The notes under the pieces are model-generated. The model was not told the DNA's origin and did not search any database. It saw only the letters and a list, made by a program, of their open reading frames with translations. A stretch of DNA of 64,000 nucleotides, from positions 212,784,001-212,848,000 of the forward strand of contig OZ024742.1 in the NCBI GenBank assembly GCA_964016885.1, written 5' to 3'. Positions 51,780 through 64,000 of the stretch are shown here, piece by piece (the first letter of the stretch is position 1; every line of letters starts with the position of its first letter). Made by a program: the position numbers and the translations under genes. This DNA is from Eledone cirrhosa. Its lineage: Eukaryota.

Positions 51780-54700
51780 TAAATATTGTTATACTTTGGG
51801 AGGGTCATATTACCAATAAGAAACACACGCACTAGTTGCTTTCACTCCAATTTATTATAAATTAAATTATAAATTAAAATTTTTTTTAATAAATTTCCGG
51901 TTGGTTGGTTCCACAACCGGACGGTTGTTCATATATTGTCAAAGTTCTTTCGTCACACATTCTGTGACCTCATCAGTCACCGGGGATTCTTTTCTTTGTT
52001 TTGTGCCTCTCCTTTGTTCTGTCCTACGCCATCTTGTTTTTGTGTGTGTTGTGTGCTTAGTTTGCGCATGTGTTACATCCGGGTGTCCGTATGTGTTTTT
52101 ATTTGTTTATTTATTTGTTTATTTACATGTTACTAGTTGGTTGTTTGTTCTATGTGTGTGTGTTTTCATTTTGTCCTTAATTGTAAGTTGTGATGTTGCT
52201 ATTCCATTCATGTTTTCTATTTAATTTTGGTTGGAGTTCATTTATGTTTATTGCCTCTGTGATTTATCTAAACATTGCGTCTTTTCTGTGTGCAGATTTT
52301 ATTTTTATTTCTATGTTCTCTAATTTGCCCTTATGTTCTATTTTAGCATGTTGGTGGAGTACTGATGATTCTTTTCTATCTTGAATCTCTCGTCAGTGTT
52401 CATTTAATCGTTCTCTTATACTACGAGCTGTCTCAACTATGTACATTATATTCTTATCTTTACATTGTCCCTCAGTACACCTTATGCTATATACTATGTT
52501 TCTAGTTTTACAGTTAATATGGGGGCTTAGTTTACAGATTATGCATTTCTTATCTATACAGGGAGGTCTTTGAAAAGGGTATGTATTACTAATAAGTGTT
52601 TTTATGGTGGTATCTGGTCTTTCCACTATCTTAATATTTAGTTTAAGTTTATCTAGGGCTCTTCTAAATTTGTAAGCTTGTTCACCTCTAGGGGTTGTAT
52701 TGATGAACATTACACTCTGGTATTTATTGCTATCATACCATGAGTTTATTCTATTAACCTTATTCCTAGTTCTTTCTATTCTATTCCAAAATTTACTCCT
52801 ATACAAGGGGCAGGTCCCATTTGTATCATTAATTACCATTTTTTCCCATTTGGTTCTGGCTTCTCTATATACTCTGATTTTATCTATATGATTGTAACCA
52901 GAGAACTGCATACGGTGGATGAAGTGTTGTATGTGTCTCTCTAGTTCTTTGGGGTTGCACATGCGGGACACGTTCCTCATCACCCGTACTAAATCCGCAA
53001 TCAGTATGTTGATTTTGGTGTGATCCGAAACAGCTGAGTTTCGGTGGATCAGGTATTTGGAAGTCATGGGTTTGGCATAATGGGTATGGAGGATTTGTTT
53101 TTTGTTATCAATGGTTTCTAACCAGAGTTCTGTGTCTAGTACAGGTAATCGATGGTTGGGGTGTTCGCTTGGGTAGTCTCTAGTAATTTTAATACTCTGG
53201 TGGATGGAGTTAGCTATTTGCTGGATGCTTTCCATTGTGTTTTTCTCTAATTCCTGACTGTTCTCTAGTGGGGGTGTTTTTACTACGATGTTTATATCAT
53301 CAACGTAGCGGGAGTACATAATCAGGGTTAAGAGGTTGTTGTCTTCTAATTGTTCTTTAAGTTTATTGTCCCACCATACCATGAATAGGTTAGCTATGTC
53401 ACCTGCAATGGCTGCTCTCTCTTCTTGGGCATATGTTTTTCCATTAAATTTGAACATATGTTCCTTAAGGGTTAGTTTTATACTGGCCCCCACCGCATGT
53501 GCAATCATTTTTTTTATAGTTCATCTGGTTTTCAGGGGTCCGTATGGCTCTGGTCCACCCGCTCCATCTTTCTGTGTGGGTTTTTTTGGCCATTGAGGTA
53601 ATGGCAGGTGGTCTGCCTCTTGCTGGCCTTGTGGGACAGAGGTTGCTAAGGTCATACGTATCTAGATAATCATTATTATATGTAAGTTTAAGTAGAAGTC
53701 CCAGCTCACTGGTATCAATCCCACGGAATTCAACATTGCTCTCACTAATCATTTCCACGCATTTCTCCACAGCAAAATTCACATCAGTGGATGGGTATAG
53801 GGACACTACATCCATACTACCTATTATACAGTCTGTAAGGTCCTTAGACAGGTTATTTTCGCTGATTCTGCTGAGGAGGTCCTCCGTGCTGTCACATATA
53901 TCCGGGATATTTCAATGATGGGGCGTATGATCAGGGAGAGGAAGTAGGAAAGTCTGTAGTTGCTAGCAATGTTAGCTCCACAGACTGGCCGTGTTGGTGG
54001 TCCTGTGACTGGGTCACTGTTCGTCTTATGGTCTTTTCGAAGCCCATACGACGCTGGCACGTCATTGTTCCAGGCCTGGAAGTTGTTGGCAGTCCGTTTA
54101 TTGGGCTGCATTATGTTTGTCCACATCATCATATGAGCGTTGAGGGTTTTCTCCCTATCCTCATGCTCTTGTGGTGTTACTTCTCTTGTGTTAGTGATGT
54201 GGGGTTGCATTGCCTGGATATAGTTTGACAGACTGTCAACCGACATTCTGCCAGACTTGTCTGTTGGAAAGCATGCAATCTCTCCATTACATGAGCGCTG
54301 CATGAGCTTACGCAAGCCATTTGCAGATTTTTCTCCCAGTTGCTGGGCCTCCATTCTACTTTGCCTCTTGCTATACTGTTCTATAATATTTCTAAGTTTA
54401 GATCTAGCTATATTAAATTGTGCTTCTGTTTGTTCATCGACCTGCGACGGCAATTGTGTGCGTTTTTTAAAAGCTAAAGTCGTGGCGTGGACTCATTGTA
54501 AGTCGAAGGACATATCAGAAGGATTATAAAAAGTAGAATTCCAGGTTGCGGTGTGTGTTCTATTGCTATTGTTAGTTGTGTTGTTGTTTCTATTTTTATT
54601 TCCACCAACTGCCTCATGGTTGTTTCTATGTCTCTCATTGTTACTCCTGTCTCTTCCTTCTGGCTCATTGTTACTATCTAGTCTATTTTGTGTGTCTGTG

Positions 54701-55671
54701 TGTTCGTCCTGGTTATTTTCTCAGACATTGTCAATAGTCTTTCTACTTCTCTCATTGTTATTACAGTCCCTCACCTCTGTGTTACTGTCATTATCTGTTT
54801 TCTGTGTCTGTGTGTCTGTTAAAATTGTGGTGGTGGTGAGAGGCATAGGATGTGTGTGTGTTGTTGTTGTTGATGTGTGTTGTTGTTGATGTGTGTTGTT
54901 GTTGTTGTTATTGTTGTTGTCTCTGTATGTTGTTATTATTGTTGTGTGTGTTGTTGTTATCGTTGTTTGTGTCTGTGTGTCTGTTGTTGTTATTGTTGTT
55001 GTCTTTGTGTATGTTGTTATTATTGTTGTGTGTGTTGTTGTTATTATTGTTATCGTTGTTTGTGTCTGTTGTTGTTGGAATGTGTGTTGTGCGTGTGTGC
55101 GTTTGTTGTTCGTGTTGTTATTTTTGTTTGTGTTTTTGTTGTTGTTGTTTTTGAGGCTCCAACGTAATTTTGTAAATGATTTTTCTATTTCCGACAAGCA
55201 TCTTATCATATTTACCTTATTATATGTGGAATATTTAGGTGGTAGCTGTAAGATGGATAATTCATCAGAGTCCACTGTAGTGATGCCGTATATATTTGTG
55301 TTGTTGTTGTTGAATTCGTCCGTTAATGAGACGTCAGCCATGCTTATACCATCAATCCTATCTGGATATTATTTATCTCTATTCTCTGAAGTTTCTTGGT
55401 TTAGTTTCATCTGTTTGAGCCACGTTAATTTATTGTTAAAGTGTTTGTTGCATTCTTGGATGATGTACTTTTTTTCTTCATGTATAATGTTTATGTATTC
55501 TAATTTTTCTTTTGGTGTAGTGATCTTAGTTATTTCTTGTATTAGGTTACGCTTATGTTTTTCTTGACTTAATTCTCTGTAAATCTTTTTTATGTTTAGA
55601 ATTAGTGTTCGTTTTAGCCTGCTTGTTTTTTGGTAAGTTGTAATCTACTTACATCGGTGTTGATGGTGTTG

Positions 55672-55675
<4 letters not shown>
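51780..55675 (-). mobile_element. near full-length Penelope-like element (RT + GIY-YIG + 3' pseudo-LTR)
   Basis: PTDKSGR, YGLRKDHK, DVVSLYPS, RYVDD, LPVLD, C..C..C..NIVYSIRC..YIVETARSIRERLNEH; frameshifted; TA-rich flanks. Confidence 0.92.
51938..51980 (-). ncRNA. minimal type I hammerhead (family alpha, copy A)
   Basis: GTGA-CTGATGA-G-GTCACA gaatg TGTGAC-GAAA-GAAC-TT-TGAC. Confidence 0.75.
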
Positions 55676-57460
<1,785 letters not shown>

Positions 57461-57990
57461 ATACTATCTTTCTCTTTGCTCCCTTACTACTTTCGTTTTC
57501 TCTCGTCTCTGCCTCTTTTCGCCTGCTCCTGCCGCTGTTAGTCTTGTTTTACTTCGCTCTTCCTATCTCACCGTCAATAAGGCTTCAGTCGCTGTTTGAC
57601 TCCTCTCTCTCCCCCGGTTACTTACATCCATGTACTTCCTCCTCGTGTCCCCCCTCTTTTCGGTATGGTCTCTGCGTTTTTATTTTCGTTTTTTCCCTTC
57701 TGTTTAATTTTTCTCACTCCTTTTTTCCTTCCACCATAACTTTCATAAGTTATTGACGCACTGGAGTTAGACATATTGTCTTTAATGCGTTGAAATGTCG
57801 GTGTCCTCCAGCAGACAACTGGAAAAGGGACCGTCCCTTGTTTGTGCTTTCCTTTTACTTATATATATATATATATATATATGACGGCGATTTATTTGTT
57901 TTGCAAGGTTTTTGATATGAAATCGTGTGTCGAAACAAATATTGTTATACTTGAGGAGGGTCATATTGTTGTAATAATATTGCCAGAAAT

Positions 57991-58176
57991 AATAATTGTT
58001 TCTACTTTAGGCACAAGGCCAGCAATTACCCAGTGCATTACTGGTACTTTATTTTATCGACCCCGTAAGGATGAAAGGCAAAGTCAACTTCGGCGGGATT
58101 TGAACTCAGATCGTAAAGGGACGTAACTATGCTGGAAAGCATGGCGTCCGACCCTCTACCGATACTGCCAATCCAA
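57991..58176 (-). mobile_element. family-1 SINE inserted in pseudo-LTR B
   Basis: full-length copy. Confidence 0.9.
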
Positions 58177-58315
58177 ATAGAACACACTCACGGTTTGGTT
58201 GGTTTTCACTTCTGTATCTTTTATATCTCCATAGTTAATTTATTGGTCAATCAATGTTTGTCATTGATTGACCAACGGTTAAAAATACAAATATAAATAT
58301 ATATATATATATAGT

Positions 58316-58361
58316 CTATCAAAGTTCTTTCGTTGCATATCTGCAACATCATCAGTGGTAG
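58316..58361 (-). ncRNA. minimal type I hammerhead (family alpha, copy B)
   Basis: CTACCA-CTGATGA-T-GTTGCA gata TGCAAC-GAAA-GAAC-TT-TGATAG. Confidence 0.78.
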
Positions 58362-58739
58362 TAATATGTTCCCTCCTATTGTATTGTAATGCCTACGCCA
58401 TTTTTATTTTATTTATTTATTTATTTCTTCTTGTCCCTGTCTTTGCGCATGCGTTTGCGTGTGTGTATAATGTTTGGTGTGTGTGTTCGCGTTTGAGTGT
58501 ATGTGTTTTTGTATTCTATCTTCGTTTCCCTAGTGTGTGTTTACATGTGTTTGTTGTTATTGTACTTGTGTATATATTTATTTATTTTTTTATATTTCCC
58601 TTATGTCAGTATTGTTTGCTTGGGTATGGTTGTTGTTATTCCATTATTATTTCTCTTTAACTTTGGTCTTCTTAGCTCTATCTCAGTTGCTTCTATGACT
58701 TGCTACCCGTTGAGTGAGTCATTCCTATATCTCTATATT

Positions 58740-60053
<1,314 letters not shown>

Positions 60054-60054
<1 letters not shown>

Positions 60055-60305
60055 ATGGCGTAGGACAGAAGAAAGGAAAGGCACAGAAACAAAGAAGGAA
60101 TCCCCAGTCACTGAAGAGGTCACAGAGTGTGTGACGAAAGGACTATGACTATATATAAACAACTATCTGGTTGTGGAACCAACCAACCAACCAGAAATTT
60201 ATAAATTTGTAAATTTGTAAATTTATAAATATATAATAAATTGAAGTGAAAGCAACTGGTGCGTGTGTTTCTTATTGGCAACATGACCCTCCCAAAGTAT
60301 AACAA

Positions 60306-60306
<1 letters not shown>
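60054..60306 (+). mobile_element. solo Penelope pseudo-LTR (copy C)
   Basis: closely similar to the reverse complement of 51780-52032; (TA)n on both flanks. Confidence 0.88.
60106..60150 (+). ncRNA. minimal type I hammerhead (family alpha, copy C)
   Basis: AGTCA-CTGAAGA-G-GTCACA gagtg TGTGAC-GAAA-GGAC-TA-TGACT; perfect stems I and II. Confidence 0.82.
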
Positions 60307-60997
<691 letters not shown>

Positions 60998-61001
60998 AGG
61001 A

Positions 61002-61107
61002 ACCAGTAAGACCCCGACAGCTGAGCTCAAGCCGTTTCGACGGCTAATTCTGAGTCCAGAATTAGCCGTCGAAACGGCTTGAGCTCAGCTGTCGGGGTCT
61101 TACTGGT
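61002..61107. repeat. perfect GC-rich inverted repeat, 51-bp arms, 4-nt loop AGTC
   Basis: 61002-61052 is the exact reverse complement of 61057-61107. Confidence 0.95.
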
Positions 61108-61187
61108 CCTATTACCCACTCTACTACCACAAGTATTGAGTACTTTGGTGCGTTATGGTCCACCTGGTTCCTTACCACATTCCTTCG

Positions 61188-61231
61188 TTATATAATATAT
61201 ATATATATATATAGCATATAATATATATATA

Positions 61232-61299
<68 letters not shown>

Positions 61300-61312
61300 T
61301 ATATATATAATA

Positions 61313-61343
<31 letters not shown>

Positions 61344-61349
61344 CATATA

Positions 61350-61380
<31 letters not shown>

Positions 61381-61526
61381 TATACATATAATATATATAT
61401 ATATATACATATAATATATATATATGTATATATATATATACATATAATATATATATATGTATATATATATGTATATATATATATATGTATATATATATAT
61501 ACATATAATATATATATATGTATATA

Positions 61527-61614
<88 letters not shown>

Positions 61615-61620
61615 GTATAT

Positions 61621-61668
<48 letters not shown>

Positions 61669-61675
61669 GTATATA

Positions 61676-61720
<45 letters not shown>

Positions 61721-61730
61721 GTATATATAT
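61188..61730. repeat. (TA)n-derived array
   Basis: directly visible. Confidence 0.95.
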
Positions 61731-64000
61731 ACTAAAGACATTCCTATACCTGGTAAATCTGAATTCACCAAACTTCTGATTGAAAAAACTGACTGCTTTG
61801 TGAGAGGCTTAGATGGGTAGCTTTTTTTCCACGACCAGCGCCAAAAAGGAAATTTCTATACTAAGGAACATAACTTTCTTGATCATTTATTTAACTTTAG
61901 AAGAAATCCTCCTTCCAACAAAAATCTAGTGCAGTTCGAGGAAAAATTATCTAATATTATAAGAAGTCTTAAATTCAAGAGAAACCTTTACAGAGGACAA
62001 AACTAATAATTTATATGGTGTATCTAGGGATAACTATAATAACCTCATCCTTAAGGAACTAAGGAAGAATTATCGTAAGACTAACCATGACAATTTGGAA
62101 TCTATAAACTTTGAAGCTTCTGAGATTATGTCAAAACCTGGCATAGAAAAAAAGACCGAACCATTCCTCCCAAGAACTCCGAGGATAAATCTCAAGGATC
62201 ATAAAAGTAATTTTCGAACGGAACTACCTGTTAGACTAATCGCCCCCTCTAAATCAGATCTGGGGGTTGTTAGTAAAGCCATCTTGGATAGAATGATCCC
62301 ACAGGTTCGTTCTAATTGCTCTATTTCTAACTTAAATTTATGGTTTGGTACATCTGAAGTAATTGGCTGGTTCAACAACCTGAATAAGAAAAACAAACAA
62401 AAATTTATTCAATTTGATATTGCCAGCTACTATTCTTCTATTTCGCCTTCACTTCTCAACAATGCTCTATCTTTCGCATTTAAATATTCTGACATCACCA
62501 CAGATGAACTTAACATCATTCTCACCGCAAGAAACAACATCTTAGAATTCAACAATGAATACTGGACTAGAGCCGAACTTCCAACAACTTTGATATCAGA
62601 ATGGCTGCTTCCGATTCATCGCAATTGACTGATTTGATTGGTATTTTTATTTTGAATTCTTTAAATCGGAAAATTCCTCAACTTCGCGGTGGAATTTATC
62701 GTGACGATGGACTTTTTACTATCTTAAATTGCAACTTAGTTAACCTTAATATTATTAAGAACAATATACGTGATCTCTTTAAGCAACATAACCTTAAAAT
62801 TGAATTTGATAACAACGTCAAACTAGCTAACTTCTTGGATGTATCCCTTAATCTTGACACTGGCCTATATTACCCTTACCATAAAAACAATGAGAATCTA
62901 AATTATGTTAATTTTAAATCTACCCACCCCACTAACATTAAAAATGCTATAGTCAGTAATATTGGAAAAAGAATATCAAACCTATCCTCTAATAAATATA
63001 TCTTCGATGCTAACGCCAATTACTATAATAATGCGCTTTCTAAAGCCGGTTATCCTGATAAAATTAAATACAGTAAAGAAACCTAGAAGGTCTTAGAGTA
63101 AAATAATTAATTATGAACATTCCAATAACTTAAATAAAAGACCTAGATACAAAAATATAATCTGGTATAATGCTCCTTTCTCTATTTCTATTAATAATAA
63201 TATTCCTAAACTATTCTTTAGGGCCTTAGATAAATGCTTCCCTCCCTCACATATCTATAGTAAAATCTTTAACAAACACAATAACATTTTCTTATTTCAC
63301 CTCTTCCAACATCTCTAACATTATCTCTAAACACAACAATAAAATATTAAATATTAAATCACATCCTTCCAACACTGAGCGTCATAATAATAGCAATAGT
63401 ACTCCCGACGTCATTGTTAACTCTAGGCTAGATTCTGTAAACTTAAATACGACGTCAAACGTAACTTCGTTGAATGTTCATAATACCAATCTAAATCAGG
63501 AAACTATTATTCCTATCGTAAATAACTGCTCCAATCCAATTCCTCCTATAAATAATACCAGGTCACTTGTTAATAACTCTGTTAATTTCTCTAATCGTAA
63601 TTGTAATTGCCCTGTTAGAACTAAATGTCCTCTTAATAACCATTGTCTTGATAAAAACTTAGTCTATGAATGTAAGGTTATAACTGATACTAATTCCTTT
63701 ACCTATTTCGGTTCCACTTCCACCTCCTTCAAAGCTAGATTTTATAATCACAATTCGTCTTTTAAATACCAACTTAAAAGAACTAACACGGCACTCTCGG
63801 AACTCATATGGTCCTTGAAAGACAAAAATATTAACTATAACACCTCTTGGAGAAAAGTTTGTTCTGCCTCTCCTTACTTGAATTCCTCCCTATCCAGAAC
63901 ATATAATCTCTGCCTAGCTGAGAAATTTACCATTATATCTAATTTCAATTCTATAATAAATAGACGCACGGATTTATTTTCTCTCTGCTTGCATAAATTC
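61730..64000 (+). mobile_element. Penelope-like element (Neptune-type), runs off the window end
   Basis: KDIPIPG, LKDHKSNF..PVRLIAPSKSDLG, QFDIASYYSSI, GGIYRDD, NFLDV, STHP; CNC..CPLNNHCLDKNLVYEC..YFGST..FKARFYNH GIY-YIG domain; frameshifted. Confidence 0.92.

Larger units (their letters stand above)
57880..58735 (-). mobile_element. Penelope-like element 3' end / pseudo-LTR (diverged copy B)
   Basis: QVIEATEIELRRPKL aligns with ITEAININELQPKL of the PLE at 51780; hammerhead; terminal GACCCTCCTCAAGTATAACAATATT. Confidence 0.8.

Overview
AT-rich, repeat-dense animal genomic DNA. The SINE/LINE repertoire and the calcineurin N-terminus suggest a mollusc, probably an octopod cephalopod (inference). 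One host coding exon is recognisable: exon 1 of calcineurin A (minus strand, 25105-25057, MTTTDCKMSTTDRVIK followed by GTAAGT), so positions 1-25056 are most likely its first intron. The rest is mobile DNA: RTE and CR1/L2-type LINE remnants, a near full-length Tx1/L1-clade LINE plus two decayed copies, a decayed mariner, piggyBac- and hAT-type MITEs, many tRNA-derived SINEs, an R4/Dong-like 3' fragment, and at least seven Penelope-like element (PLE) pieces, most of them embedded in (TA)n arrays. The most interesting signals are: (i) seven hammerhead-ribozyme motifs (one with a decayed core) in three groups, with covarying stems and non-canonical cores, one of them intact and sense-oriented in the calcineurin intron; (ii) a 51-bp perfect fold-back that appears centred on a hammerhead stem II; (iii) a 39-nt intron-like spacer that would fuse Tx1 ORF1 and ORF2 in frame; (iv) a Bov-A-like internally deleted RTE element in (TATG)n. 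All calls were made by eye, and the boundaries of decayed elements are approximate.
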